A stretch of DNA of 47,882 nucleotides from Candidatus Saccharimonadota bacterium (GCA_035329185.1 DAOLHH010000002.1:1-47882); one strand, 5' to 3'; shown: positions 8,561-18,862, counted from the first letter of the stretch. Notes: generated by a model from the letters alone, not told the origin. A program made the numbers and translations.

Positions 8561-8629
8561 TATGTATTTATTCATCAACATTTTATTCAAATTTACCCTG
8601 CTTAAACCGGTGATATAATAAGCTTAAGC

Positions 8630-10381
8630 ATGAATGATGATGAAAATAATTTTCAGATTGGCTCTCAGACGCCCCCGCCAAATGAAGGGGTCGTGCCCCG
8701 TCCAATAGACGCAGAGGTCGACGAGATTATAGTTGAAGAAGCGGATAAGTTAATGCGTGCCGAGGATCGGGCACGTGAGTTGCAATTTGCACCACCAAAG
8801 CGCAAACGAAGCTTGAAAGTGTGGCTAGGAGCTATTTGGACAGTCTGGTGGACTAATACAAGACTTCGAAATACAACACTCATAGGAATCTTTTTATTGA
8901 TTCTTGTAGCCGTTTTTGTTCCATACACGCGCTATGGGATACTCAACTCTGCTGGTGTGCGCGTCAGTGCCAGTACCGTTGTAGTAGATTCACAAAGCGG
9001 TAGACCACTAAAAAATATACCGGTCACTCTACAGGGCAAACAGCAACGGACTAATGATGATGGCTATGCTCATTTTGATGGGCTTAAACTTGGTTCAAGC
9101 CAACTTAAAATAGAAAAAAAAGGATTCGCACCGTATGAAAAGTCCATAACACTTGGGTGGGGGAGTAATCCATTAGATAATCAACGTATTCTCGCTACTG
9201 GCGCACGGTTTACTTTTACGCTAAAAGATTGGTTGAGCCAGTCAATTATCAAGGAGGGTGAAGCTTCAAGTGGTGAAGATGTAGGACAAGCTGATGATGA
9301 AGGTACAATTGAGCTCGTCGTCGGTGAAGTAGATGATGATGCTGACGTGATGATTACGCGTGAAGGGTATCGATCAGAATTGCGAAAACTCGGAAGTTTA
9401 AATGCTGACAATGAAGATATATTGATGGTCCCCGATAAAAAACACGCCTTTGTGAGCAATAGAAATGGTCAATATGACCTTTATGCAATCGACGCAGATG
9501 GACAGCAGGAAAAACTACTTTTAGAAGCAACTGGAAAAGAACGTGAAATTCCATATGTTGTCCCACACCCGACGAGGGATGTCATTGCTTATTTAAGCTC
9601 ACGAGATGGAGATACAAACACAGAAAAGTTTATTCTCGATGGGCTTTTTATCGTTACGACTAACGGCTCAGAAGTCTATAAAGTGACCCGATCTGAACAA
9701 ATCCAAGTCGTCGGTTGGTCGGGAAATAAACTTATCTTTGTGTCCGTGATCGAAGGGGTGAGTGCAGGAAACTCACAACGCAGTAAGTTAACAAGTTATG
9801 ATTTAGACACACGTAGTCGTACTGACCTTGCTACTTCTAACTATTTTAACGATGTGAAACTTATTGGAGATAAAGTTTATTATGCTGTTTCAAGCTATGC
9901 TGTACCTCGCGATCAAGCAAAATTATTTTCCATCAATGTTGATGGGTCAGATAAACGCACACTTCTCAGCGATCAAGTCTGGTCCATTGTAAGAGAAGAT
10001 TACGCGACAACGCTATTTGATACTGAAAAAAGTGAATGGTATGAACAATCTAACGGAGGAGATCTCCAAAAACTCGACGCTCAACCGGCACAGCACGTAC
10101 CACGCATATTCACAACTAATCGGACGAATACTTATGCATCATGGATTGATGTTCGAGACGGAAAAGGCGTCTTGCTATCACATGAAATTGAGAAAAATGT
10201 CGACACGGTAGTAGTGACCGAATCAGGCATTACTGATCCCGCATATTGGATAAGTGAATGGCAAATTATTTATAGAGTTAATACTTCGCAAGAAACTGCG
10301 GATTACGTCGTCGATATACGAGGCGGAGAACCCAGAAAAATCGTCGATGTTATTGGTAATCGTTCCCGTTATTTTTACTAG
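8630..10381 (+). CDS. Membrane-anchored protein with a carboxypeptidase-regulatory-like beta-sandwich and a TolB/PD40-like beta-propeller region
   Basis: Cytoplasmic N-terminus, one TM helix, and the segment VVVDSQSGRPLKNIPVTLQG..DDGYAHFDGL..G. Repeated NGQYDLY/SRDGDT-type blades follow. Confidence 0.5.
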   Translation: MNDDENNFQIGSQTPPPNEGVVPRPIDAEVDEIIVEEADKLMRAEDRARELQFAPPKRKRSLKVWLGAIWTVWWTNTRLRNTTLIGIFLLILVAVFVPYTRYGILNSAGVRVSASTVVVDSQSGRPLKNIPVTLQGKQQRTNDDGYAHFDGLKLGSSQLKIEKKGFAPYEKSITLGWGSNPLDNQRILATGARFTFTLKDWLSQSIIKEGEASSGEDVGQADDEGTIELVVGEVDDDADVMITREGYRSELRKLGSLNADNEDILMVPDKKHAFVSNRNGQYDLYAIDADGQQEKLLLEATGKEREIPYVVPHPTRDVIAYLSSRDGDTNTEKFILDGLFIVTTNGSEVYKVTRSEQIQVVGWSGNKLIFVSVIEGVSAGNSQRSKLTSYDLDTRSRTDLATSNYFNDVKLIGDKVYYAVSSYAVPRDQAKLFSINVDGSDKRTLLSDQVWSIVREDYATTLFDTEKSEWYEQSNGGDLQKLDAQPAQHVPRIFTTNRTNTYASWIDVRDGKGVLLSHEIEKNVDTVVVTESGITDPAYWISEWQIIYRVNTSQETADYVVDIRGGEPRKIVDVIGNRSRYFY

Positions 10382-10401
10382 AAATTTAGTATCATAACCG
10401 T

Positions 10402-11208
10402 ATGACTAATCATCGCTTTTTGGTAATGCTCTTTCATTTTTATGGAGCAAGCGCGCGGATACTTCCATGGCGGCTCCCCGAAAAGGACGGTACATTTAAC
10501 CCATACAAAATTATGTTGTCAGAGTTGATGCTACAACAAACTCAAGTTGAACGAGTTATACCAAAATACGAAGCTTTTATCAGCCGTTTTCCTACGATTG
10601 AGTCGCTCGCACAATCACAGCTTTCCGAAGTGGTTTCGTTATGGCAGGGGCTTGGTTATAATCGACGTGCAAAGTACATCCACGAGAATGCGCAATTGTT
10701 ATCCAATAAACCATTTCCGCGCACCATTGAAGAACTTACCAAGCTGAAAGGTGTAGGTTCAAATACAGCAGCGGCAATTTTGACGTATAGTTTCGACGAA
10801 AAACATGTTTTTATAGAGACAAATCTGAGGACGGTGCTTATAGAATCATTTTTTGCCGGTGAAAAGGATCAAGTATCAGACGCATTACTTGAAAGGAAAC
10901 TTCAGGAAATCCTGAATCGGTATAACGGTTCTATGCGTGATTTTTACTGGGCAATAATGGATTATGGATCGATGTTAAAACGTCAAGGCAATATAGCTCA
11001 TAGAAAAAGTAAATCATATAAAAAACAAGCGTTGTTTAGCGGTTCGGTACGTCAATTACGTGGTGAAATAGTGCGAAGAGCGATAAAAGGTGAATCGATG
11101 CATATTTTAAAAAGCGATATTGAAGACTCACGAATCGATGCAGTCATAGAGAAACTTATTGCCGAGAAAATTATCGTCGTCCATAACGGAAAACTACAAA
11201 TATTTTAG
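10402..11208 (+). CDS. MutY-like HhH-GPD DNA glycosylase with no cysteines (no Fe-S cluster loop) and no NUDIX-like C-terminal domain
   Basis: Matches LPWR..PYKIMLSELMLQQTQVERVIPKY..F.. and WQGLGYNRRA, with helix-hairpin-helix LKGVGSNTAAAIL. There are zero Cys in 268 aa. Confidence 0.75.
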   Translation: MTNHRFLVMLFHFYGASARILPWRLPEKDGTFNPYKIMLSELMLQQTQVERVIPKYEAFISRFPTIESLAQSQLSEVVSLWQGLGYNRRAKYIHENAQLLSNKPFPRTIEELTKLKGVGSNTAAAILTYSFDEKHVFIETNLRTVLIESFFAGEKDQVSDALLERKLQEILNRYNGSMRDFYWAIMDYGSMLKRQGNIAHRKSKSYKKQALFSGSVRQLRGEIVRRAIKGESMHILKSDIEDSRIDAVIEKLIAEKIIVVHNGKLQIF

Positions 11209-11261
11209 GCTCAACAGAAATGGTTATGGTACAATAACCTTAAGTAAAGTGGGGAATCTTT

Positions 11262-11987
11262 ATGGGTAAAAGAATAAAAACCCTGATACTCGCATTGAGT
11301 TTATTTATTGCGAACATCATGGTATTGCCTGTCGCGGCAGTTGACACAACTGACCAAACAACAACAAACGATGAGTCAATGCAAACGACTGCAGTGCCTG
11401 AGTCTACCGAAACAACTGCAACACAAGCTGAAGATTCACAAGAAACGACACCCGTCGACAAGTCTGCGGGACGTGATGAAAGGCTAAAAGTATACAAGGA
11501 AAAAATCGCAGAGAAGCTAACGGCGTTTAAAGAAAGAAAAATAAAAAACGGTTGTAGCACAATCAAAGGCAAAATAACATCGCTTCGAACACGAATTACC
11601 ACGGTAGTAGCTAACCGAAAAAAAGCCTATAAAGAAATTGGCGAAAAGCTAGATGTATTAATTGAAAAATTAAAAGCTGCGGGTGCAGATACGACCAAAA
11701 TAGAGACTATTAGAGAAGATATACGTGGTGACCTCGCGACGCTCGAGGAAAGTATGAATAGTTACGATACAGTGCTCGCAGATTTAGAAGTGATGGATTG
11801 CGAAGCAGATCCAGCTACCTTCAAGTCAGCGGTACTTTCTGCGCGTGAAATGCAGAAAGTACTACGCGAACAAGCTCAAGCATTCCGCGCATTTGCCACT
11901 GGGGAACTCAAGACAGCTCTCCAAGAAATAAGAGATCAACTTAAGAGTTCTACAGAACAGACTGACACTACAGGAGCGAATGAATAA
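11262..11987 (+). CDS. Secreted coiled-coil protein, unknown function
   Basis: Signal peptide (LILALSLFIANIMVLPVAA), a T/E-rich linker, then heptad-like K/E-rich helices. GGGGA RBS. Confidence 0.5.
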   Translation: MGKRIKTLILALSLFIANIMVLPVAAVDTTDQTTTNDESMQTTAVPESTETTATQAEDSQETTPVDKSAGRDERLKVYKEKIAEKLTAFKERKIKNGCSTIKGKITSLRTRITTVVANRKKAYKEIGEKLDVLIEKLKAAGADTTKIETIREDIRGDLATLEESMNSYDTVLADLEVMDCEADPATFKSAVLSAREMQKVLREQAQAFRAFATGELKTALQEIRDQLKSSTEQTDTTGANE

Positions 11988-12760
11988 TGGACGAACAGCA
12001 AAGTACTAACGACTCTCAAGAAAAAGAATCATCTAAGCCAGTTTCCATACCGATTGTAAATGATATAACACCGCCTCCTGCGCCTACTAAGAAAATATCC
12101 ATAGAAGATACTGCGCCAGATGATAATTCAAGTGAACCAGATGAGGTTGAATCGACGAATCCAGAAGCTGAGGCAAGTGAACCTGAAGTAGCCTCCAGTG
12201 AAGAGGAAAAATCCGAAATAACGCCAGAAGAAGAACCATCTATGGCTGAAGTTCAAGATGTTGAGCCCGCACCAGAGGTTGATGAAGAGGCTTCGATCGA
12301 TACAGATGCTGGGAGCGAAGAGGTTCAAGCAAATGCTGAGCCTGTATCCGAGGAAGATCAGGCGCAATCTGTATCACCAGTTGATGTAACCCCGGCACAA
12401 TTTCCAGTGTCGAGCACCACAGGAGAAGAGGCACAGACGGCTACAATTGGCGTGTCGGCATCTCAAATGAATAAACCACCACATCGTAATAATCGAAAAC
12501 TTGCTGCCATCGTTACCATTATTGTTGCGGTACTACTTGCAGGTACGGCTGTCTATGTTTATCTCGGAGCGCAAAGTAACACTAAAAAAGAAACAACAAA
12601 TACGTCAGAACAAACTGGTGAGACTCAAGAACCTGTGACGCCAGCGACTGCATCAGATGTTGACCAAGCAAATAGCGAAGTAGAAGCAGCTATTAATGCA
12701 CTTGATGAGTCAGCTGACTTTGCAGAATCAGATTTAAGCGACGCGACGCTTGGTCTTTAA
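11987..12760 (+). CDS. Highly acidic low-complexity protein with a single TM helix near the C-terminus
   Basis: TAATG junction with the upstream gene. About 170 aa rich in E/P/S/D, then the TM helix LAAIVTIIVAVLLAGTAVYVYL. Confidence 0.5.
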   Translation: MDEQQSTNDSQEKESSKPVSIPIVNDITPPPAPTKKISIEDTAPDDNSSEPDEVESTNPEAEASEPEVASSEEEKSEITPEEEPSMAEVQDVEPAPEVDEEASIDTDAGSEEVQANAEPVSEEDQAQSVSPVDVTPAQFPVSSTTGEEAQTATIGVSASQMNKPPHRNNRKLAAIVTIIVAVLLAGTAVYVYLGAQSNTKKETTNTSEQTGETQEPVTPATASDVDQANSEVEAAINALDESADFAESDLSDATLGL

Positions 12761-12773
12761 AAAAACTGACCAA

Positions 12774-13658
12774 TCACTTTTTCTTTTGTTGGCTTGATAG
12801 TAAAGATGGAGTAATCGCTAGGTCGATACCCTCTTTATCGAACGCGTTCTTTAATTTCCGGTAAAAGATACTTTTTATTTCTAGTTGTTTACCGCCCGTT
12901 GTTTTACCGAGAACTTTGACAGTTATCGCGCTTCCAGTGAAATCTGAAACGCGGCTAAACTGAGGCGCTTCAATTATTTCATCTGCAAGTTCTGGGTCTT
13001 CGGCGACTGCTTTACCTACGAGATCTATCACAGACTCAAGTTTTTTGAGATTAGTTTTTGGGTCTACGGCGATATCTAAGTTTATTTGCCCAAATCCCAT
13101 TGAACGATTAGTGCTTACAACGATTGCGCCATTCGGGACATGATGGACAGCGCCATTCAAATCACGCAAAACAGTAGTTCGTATTGTCACGTCTTCAACA
13201 GTTCCAGATACACCTTCTAGCTCGACAAAATCACCAACTCGGTATTGATTTTCAAGAATAATAAAGATTCCAGATACGAGATCGTTAATTAGTTTTTGAG
13301 CGCCAAAACCTAATGCGACTCCTAGGACGCCTGCGCTTGCCAGAAATGGTGCTGTGTTGACGCCGAGAATATTGATAATGGATATTCCACCGGTCACCCA
13401 TATTACGAATCTGATAAGCGCTGATCCCAACCCAGACAGTGTCTTAACACGCTTTTCCCGGTCATTTTTCGTTGGGTATAAATCTCGTCGTATAATGCGT
13501 TTTAATAACCGTGACAAAAGCCCGTGAGCTAGTCTACTCAATATCCAGCAAAATAGAAGAATGATACATATGTGCAATAAGGCCTGATAATTGCGCGTGA
13601 ACCATTCATCGGCATCTTGGCGCGATAGTGTATCGGCGACTAACGTAAGCAGTATCAT
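12774..13658 (-). CDS. Small-conductance mechanosensitive channel (MscS family)
   Basis: Three TM helices plus the conserved core LINDLVSGIFIILENQYRVGDFVELEGVSGTVEDVTIRTTVLRD. ATG 13658 sits 6 nt after a TATACT box; the track start is 13682. Confidence 0.85.
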   Translation of the reverse strand: MILLTLVADTLSRQDADEWFTRNYQALLHICIILLFCWILSRLAHGLLSRLLKRIIRRDLYPTKNDREKRVKTLSGLGSALIRFVIWVTGGISIINILGVNTAPFLASAGVLGVALGFGAQKLINDLVSGIFIILENQYRVGDFVELEGVSGTVEDVTIRTTVLRDLNGAVHHVPNGAIVVSTNRSMGFGQINLDIAVDPKTNLKKLESVIDLVGKAVAEDPELADEIIEAPQFSRVSDFTGSAITVKVLGKTTGGKQLEIKSIFYRKLKNAFDKEGIDLAITPSLLSSQQKKK

Positions 13659-13715
13659 GTAGCTAGTATAGCAATGAACCATATATACTACATATCAAGG
13701 AGTAAAAAAACTTTT

Positions 13716-14060
13716 ATGACATTTGACGAATATCAGAAGCGCGCTATATCAACAGATGTGTTCGGAGGAACGCCACAGCCGATTACCAGCATGGCGTTTA
13801 TGGCAAAGCTTCTAGGACTTGTGGGAGAAGCTGGTGAGGTCGCAGATAAGTTTAAGAAAATATACCGCGATGATAATGGAATTATGTCGGATGAGAAGCT
13901 ACAGATGATGGAAAAAGAAATCGGGGATGTACTGTGGTATGTCAGCGTTGTATCAAGTTATTTAGGCTTAGATCTTGATACCGTCGCATCGAATAATCTT
14001 GCAAAGCTTCAAGACCGCAAAGAACGAGATGTGCTACGTGGCACAGGAGATAACCGATGA
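13716..14060 (+). CDS. MazG-like nucleotide pyrophosphohydrolase (small all-alpha type)
   Basis: Motifs LGLVGEAGEVADKFKK and EIGDVLWYV. AAGGAG lies upstream of ATG 13716. Confidence 0.8.
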   Translation: MTFDEYQKRAISTDVFGGTPQPITSMAFMAKLLGLVGEAGEVADKFKKIYRDDNGIMSDEKLQMMEKEIGDVLWYVSVVSSYLGLDLDTVASNNLAKLQDRKERDVLRGTGDNR

Positions 14061-14527
14061 AATTTAATGACATTTATGAGTCGGCTCGACCTTATATCGC
14101 TTGCTTTGTAATCCTTCGCAACAAAGAAGGTAAGATAGCGATGCTTCGGCGTAAAAATACCGGTTGGATGGATGGATATTATGGTCTTCCTGCAGGCAAG
14201 GTCGAATACGGAGAAACGTACTTGCAGGCATCAATAAGGGAAGTAGCAGAGGAGGTAGGTGTAACCGTTTCTGCATCTTCTCTTTCGCTCGCTCAAATTG
14301 TTCACCGCCACGGAATCGAAGGTAAGGGATTTATGGACTGGGTAGATGTGTATTTTGAAGCAAGTGACTGGCAGGGAGATCCGTATGTCGCAGAGCCCGA
14401 AAAAGCCTCCGCTTTTGGCTGGATAGATTGTGAAGTGGAAGGTGAACAAATTGTTCCAGCGCAGTTGAATGCGCTTGAATCAATAAGTAGGGGAGAACGC
14501 TATAGCGAATTTGGTTGGGATGCTTGA
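14057..14527 (+). CDS. NUDIX hydrolase
   Basis: Nudix box GLPAGKVEYGETYLQASIREVAEEVGV. ATGA overlap with the MazG-like gene. Confidence 0.85.
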   Translation: MKFNDIYESARPYIACFVILRNKEGKIAMLRRKNTGWMDGYYGLPAGKVEYGETYLQASIREVAEEVGVTVSASSLSLAQIVHRHGIEGKGFMDWVDVYFEASDWQGDPYVAEPEKASAFGWIDCEVEGEQIVPAQLNALESISRGERYSEFGWDA

Positions 14528-15801
14528 AAATTCAATCGAAGCCACTCATCAAGACTACCTGCGCCGCCCGCTGAAAAGCAAAGTACGAGCTGGCCATTGG
14601 TTCGGTGTTTTTCAATCTGTTCTTTGAGTAGACTCCCGAGTGTCGTTGCGTGTACATCTAGAGGCTCTATAATAAGTAACCGTAATTTTTCTGGTGTAAG
14701 TAACTCAAGTGAAGTATCTTCTCGTGCTAAATAACTGGGAACAATGTAGAGTTCCTGAACTCCGGCAAAGAGCGTGGGTAGTTTATCTTTTATAAAATGT
14801 TGTCTTGTGTTGTGTAGTCCCTCGTATACGACCACAACTCTATCTTTAGCGACTTCATGTGCTAACTGTAGGGCTCCTTCAATTTTTTCCGGTGTATGTG
14901 CATAATCGGTATATACATTCTCGGTAATCTTTTCGAAACGCCGGCTCACTCCTGGAAATGAATCCATCTTTTTATAAAGTTCTACTACATCTTGACCGGT
15001 TATTGAAGCTACTGCATAAGCGACAAGTAATGCGTCTTTACGATTTACGCTCCCTAATAACTGAGAAGTTGCGGTTAATTTTTCGTCTATTGATTCGGTT
15101 GAGTCTGGTGCGTATATCTTTTCAAGATCTTCATCAAATATGTACACCTTGCCATCTCCTTCGAGTACTCCACGTATAAATGTCGTGAATGCTTCGCGAT
15201 ACTCCTGCTCCGTCGGGTATGTGTCGGGGTGGTCATAAGCTACGCCAGAAATGATAGCTATTTTAGGGTCGAAGCTGAGGAAATTACGGTCATATTCATC
15301 GGCTTCGTAAATAAAATACTCACTCTTCTCATCAAATTCACCCATATCACCAAAATTAAGTTTGGCACCTACTGAGTAGCTAATAGGAATACCGAGTTCT
15401 TTCATAAGCCAAATCGCCATTGAGGTTGTGGTGGTTTTGCCGTGCGTTCCAGCAATAGCAAACATTTTCAGATTTTTTGCTTTCAACAAATAGTTTAAAA
15501 ACTCATCACGCTTGGACATTTTTAACCCCAGTTGCTGAGCAGATACGAGCTCTGGATGATTGGGATTTTCTTTTGGAAGTGCGGAAGAATACACAAACCA
15601 ATCAATCGGCATCTTCTCATGTACTTGTTTAAGCGTATCTCCGTCTTGACCGATTATGACGCGTATGCCTCGTTTTTCCAGATTGTGTACATACGAACTT
15701 GACTGCTTATCAGATCCAGAAATGGTGAAACCAGCTTGTTGGGCTACTAATGCAAGGGGACCAATGCCTGCGCCACCTATGCCAGAAAAAAATATGTGCA
15801 T
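14500..15801 (-). CDS. murC: Mur ligase, UDP-N-acetylmuramate--L-alanine ligase type
   Basis: N-terminal GIGGAGIGPLA..SGSD Rossmann region, P-loop AGTHGKTTTTSM, and EADEYDRNFL..DHPDTY. At 433 aa it is slightly short for MurC, and Mpl is not excluded. Confidence 0.75.
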   Translation of the reverse strand: MHIFFSGIGGAGIGPLALVAQQAGFTISGSDKQSSSYVHNLEKRGIRVIIGQDGDTLKQVHEKMPIDWFVYSSALPKENPNHPELVSAQQLGLKMSKRDEFLNYLLKAKNLKMFAIAGTHGKTTTTSMAIWLMKELGIPISYSVGAKLNFGDMGEFDEKSEYFIYEADEYDRNFLSFDPKIAIISGVAYDHPDTYPTEQEYREAFTTFIRGVLEGDGKVYIFDEDLEKIYAPDSTESIDEKLTATSQLLGSVNRKDALLVAYAVASITGQDVVELYKKMDSFPGVSRRFEKITENVYTDYAHTPEKIEGALQLAHEVAKDRVVVVYEGLHNTRQHFIKDKLPTLFAGVQELYIVPSYLAREDTSLELLTPEKLRLLIIEPLDVHATTLGSLLKEQIEKHRTNGQLVLCFSAGGAGSLDEWLRLNFQASQPNSL

Positions 15802-15866
15802 ATACCTCAGTTTACAGCATGAGCGAGTCTCACGTATACTGAGTCAAGAATAATGCAAAAAAAGAT

Positions 15867-17075
15867 ATGCTAAAAAAAATCATTCATATGTTCATACGCA
15901 AACGTCATCCGTGGCGTGATATACAATTTGATGAACTTGCAGAAATCTATACGTCCATGAGCTTGCGAAGCCTTGGTTTTGGGATTATCGGAATCTTTGT
16001 GCCAATTTACTTATTCCATAATGGCGTGGATTTATCGAGTATTTTTTGGTTTTTTATGTGGGTATTTTTGCTACGGATACCCATAGCTATTATGGTTGCC
16101 TATACCGTTGGTAGGATTGGCCCAAAACATAGTATTGCGCTGAGTACATTACTGTTTATCCTCTTTCTCGGCATGTTACTTTCGTTTAAACAACTGCAGT
16201 GGCCCTTGGTATTACTTGCATTCGCATTCACCGTACCTAATGGGCTATTCTTTACTGCGTATCATACGGATTTCTCAAAGATTAAGGACAGTAACCATGG
16301 CGGAAAGGAGCTTGGGTGGCTCTATATATTTGAGCGAGTTGGCGGTACGCTGGGTCCTCTTGTAGGTGGGTTGCTCGCCAGCATTGTTGCTCCTGAGCTT
16401 TCTATACTCCTTGCTATCCTTGTACTTATTGGTTCGCTTGTGCCACTATTTCTGACAAACGAGCCGGTACGTCTCCACCAGAAGATAAGTTTTATAGGGT
16501 TCCCATGGCGTAGGCACACCTTTGATTATCTGAGTATGGGGGCACTACATATTGATAATGCGGCTAGTAAATTTGTTTGGCCGTTATGTATTGCTGTAAT
16601 TGTTTTTAAGACTGACTCATATGCTAAGGTTGGGAGTATCGTTGCACTTGCAACAGCTGTTTCTTTGTATAGCGCCCATATGTTTGGTAGTTTCATAGAT
16701 AAATCAAAAGGCCGGCAACTACTTAACTATGGAGTGGTTTTGAATGCGCTGGTTCATCTTATGAGACCGTTTGCATTAAGTGGCGCATCCTCAACAATAG
16801 TGAGTACGTTAAATGAGCCCGCAACACTCAGTTATCAAATGCCCTTAATGAAGGGGTATTACGATGCAGCCGACAGTGAGGAAGGCTACCGTATTGTGTA
16901 CCTGTCACTGGTAGAAATAGTGGGTTCTATCACAAAAGCAGGTTATTTCATCTGTTTGTACGTGAGCACTTTGTATCTTGACAGTGAATTTGTCCTAAGG
17001 TGGAATTTTATATTTGTCGCATTCTTAAGTCTCGGTATTGGCTTGCAACGATTTACTGCACTAAAAAAGCCTTAA
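15867..17075 (+). CDS. Polytopic membrane transporter, MFS-like
   Basis: About 12 hydrophobic helices and a GRIGPK motif after TM2. Confidence 0.55.
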   Translation: MLKKIIHMFIRKRHPWRDIQFDELAEIYTSMSLRSLGFGIIGIFVPIYLFHNGVDLSSIFWFFMWVFLLRIPIAIMVAYTVGRIGPKHSIALSTLLFILFLGMLLSFKQLQWPLVLLAFAFTVPNGLFFTAYHTDFSKIKDSNHGGKELGWLYIFERVGGTLGPLVGGLLASIVAPELSILLAILVLIGSLVPLFLTNEPVRLHQKISFIGFPWRRHTFDYLSMGALHIDNAASKFVWPLCIAVIVFKTDSYAKVGSIVALATAVSLYSAHMFGSFIDKSKGRQLLNYGVVLNALVHLMRPFALSGASSTIVSTLNEPATLSYQMPLMKGYYDAADSEEGYRIVYLSLVEIVGSITKAGYFICLYVSTLYLDSEFVLRWNFIFVAFLSLGIGLQRFTALKKP

Positions 17076-17093
17076 GCGATATAATACAACTAT

Positions 17094-17696
17094 ATGAGCG
17101 GTGAAAATAATCAAGAAAGAAGCGAGCAATTACGAATCGCATTATTAGGTGGTTTAAGCATCGTAAGCGGTGCCTTGTTTGTATATGGGATGAAGCAAAA
17201 TGGTGCAGGAGCAGTGAAGAGGTACAACGCGCTACTAGCAACTGATGAAGCTGGGGGCGATGTTGACTCTGCATTAAATGATCTAAGATCCTTTATCTAC
17301 GCACATATGAATACAGAAATAGGTGGCGAAAATAGTATTTACCCCCCCATTCAACTAAAAGGCACCTACGAGCGGCTTAAGCAAGCGGAGGAAACTCGTG
17401 TAAAAACATCAAACGATAATCTATACACCGAGGCACAATTATGGTGTGAGCAGAATGGAAATCAAGGATTTTCTGGGCGCAATAGATTGGATTGCATTAA
17501 CGGATATATAGATGAACATGGAACCAAAGCCGGAGTTATTCAAGACTCGCTGTACAAGTTCGATTTTGTATCTCCACGCTGGTCGCCTGATCTTGCTGGC
17601 TTTAGTTTAATTGTTTTTGCGGTTAGTATACTTGCTATGGTCGTACAGCTAAGCATGTATGTACGTACACGCTATTTTATACATCTAGGCAACTAA
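17094..17696 (+). CDS. Membrane protein with N- and C-terminal TM helices, unknown function
   Basis: ORF whose ATG lies 8 nt after TATAAT (17080-17085). Ends at a strong terminator. Confidence 0.45.
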   Translation: MSGENNQERSEQLRIALLGGLSIVSGALFVYGMKQNGAGAVKRYNALLATDEAGGDVDSALNDLRSFIYAHMNTEIGGENSIYPPIQLKGTYERLKQAEETRVKTSNDNLYTEAQLWCEQNGNQGFSGRNRLDCINGYIDEHGTKAGVIQDSLYKFDFVSPRWSPDLAGFSLIVFAVSILAMVVQLSMYVRTRYFIHLGN

Positions 17697-17710
17697 AATG
17701 GGTAAATAAA

Positions 17711-17740
17711 AAAGCCCCTCGATATTTGAGGGGCTTTTTG
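17711..17740. terminator. Bidirectional intrinsic terminator AGCCCCTC(17713-17720)/GAGGGGCT(17728-17735) with flanking A/T runs
   Basis: Perfect 8-bp GC-rich stem between convergent genes. Confidence 0.85.
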
Positions 17741-17752
17741 GCTCAGTCATAC

Positions 17753-18442
17753 TTATGGTTGCTGAGTCGTAGTGGTATCCGTAGGCGTACTTGTGTCAGT
17801 AGTCGTCTGTTCGGTACTAGTACTGCTATCACTGCTGCTCTTACTAGAGTTAGTAGTGTCAGTTGTTGTGTTGTTTGTGTTGCCGCCATTCTTCTTGTAT
17901 TCAGTAATAGCTTTTACAACTTGCCCATCATCCTTAAGGTTTTCCCAGAATAATACTTTATCTCGTCGAATGAACATTGAATCTTCTGGCCCATGGAGTT
18001 CATTACCAAGTTTTGCAAGACTAATGTTGGCTTGCTGTTGTTGATTTTGACCTTCAGGTTGAACTGGATTCTCAACTCGTACGTAGTAGATATCCGTCAA
18101 AACATACATATCGCTATTGTAGATATTGAGTTTGCCAAAGTATACTTGACCATCTTGACTGTCTAAGAATACTGCTTGGTATTTATCGGCGTTAATTTGT
18201 TCGCCTTCCTTGTTTTTTGTGTCAGTGTCACCACCGCCAAATGCAAGTGCAATAATCATGAGGAGCGCTACAAGTGCAACTCCAATTAACACGACTATTG
18301 ATCCAGCTTTAGTAAGATCTATTTTCTTCTTGTCGCCTTTTTTTTCTGGAGCAGAAAACGAAGGCGTCGAATTATCGCTACTTCCCATCATAGGAGCAGG
18401 TTGTTGTTGCACAGGGCGGTTGCCTCGATTGGCAAAATCCAT
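17753..18442 (-). CDS. Single-pass membrane protein with a conserved-looking ectodomain and a Thr-rich tail
   Basis: TM helix IVVLIGVALVALLMIIALAF, ectodomain YQAVFLDSQDGQVYFGKL..LAKLGNELHGPED, and a T/S/N-rich C-terminus. Confidence 0.5.
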   Translation of the reverse strand: MDFANRGNRPVQQQPAPMMGSSDNSTPSFSAPEKKGDKKKIDLTKAGSIVVLIGVALVALLMIIALAFGGGDTDTKNKEGEQINADKYQAVFLDSQDGQVYFGKLNIYNSDMYVLTDIYYVRVENPVQPEGQNQQQQANISLAKLGNELHGPEDSMFIRRDKVLFWENLKDDGQVVKAITEYKKNGGNTNNTTTDTTNSSKSSSDSSTSTEQTTTDTSTPTDTTTTQQP

Positions 18443-18569
18443 CTTCCCACCTAACCTTTCACAATTAACTTTTTAGTTATGAATTAAGTTTAAAGCATAA
18501 GCAAAGTAAAGGCAATAATGTTTTAAGCAATTCGTTGTGGAAGAAATATGCAAAAAGTGACGAGAAAAG

Positions 18570-18599
18570 TTGACAAGGGTTTACTAGAGGGAGTATGGT
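18570..18599 (+). promoter_or_regulatory. Sigma70-like promoter TTGACA(18570-18575)-18 nt-TATGGT(18594-18599)
   Basis: Read directly; lies upstream of the small gene at 18641. Confidence 0.5.
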
Positions 18600-18640
18600 G
18601 AATTTACCAACTAATGTTTAAAGAGGGGAAAGGTGTAAGC

Positions 18641-18841
18641 ATGGCTTATAAGCATCAAAACTCAAAGGGTGTAACGTACTACCTTAATTCAAAGGACGTT
18701 GTACTCCGTGGCGGAAAGACTCAAACCATTTATTATTTCAGTAAGGATGAGCGCAAAGAAGCTGTTCAAGATCTTCCTGCTGGTATGCAAGTCAATGAAA
18801 ACCCACGCAATGGTTTCTTGACCGTCAGCCGCAAGAAATAA
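18641..18841 (+). CDS. Small basic protein (66 aa), unknown function
   Basis: GAAAGGTG RBS before ATG 18641. Has its own promoter and terminator. Translation begins MAYKHQNSKGVTYYLNSKDVVLRGGKTQTIYYFSKDE... Confidence 0.5.
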   Translation: MAYKHQNSKGVTYYLNSKDVVLRGGKTQTIYYFSKDERKEAVQDLPAGMQVNENPRNGFLTVSRKK

Positions 18842-18862
18842 TTCTAAAAAGAATAATTGAAA

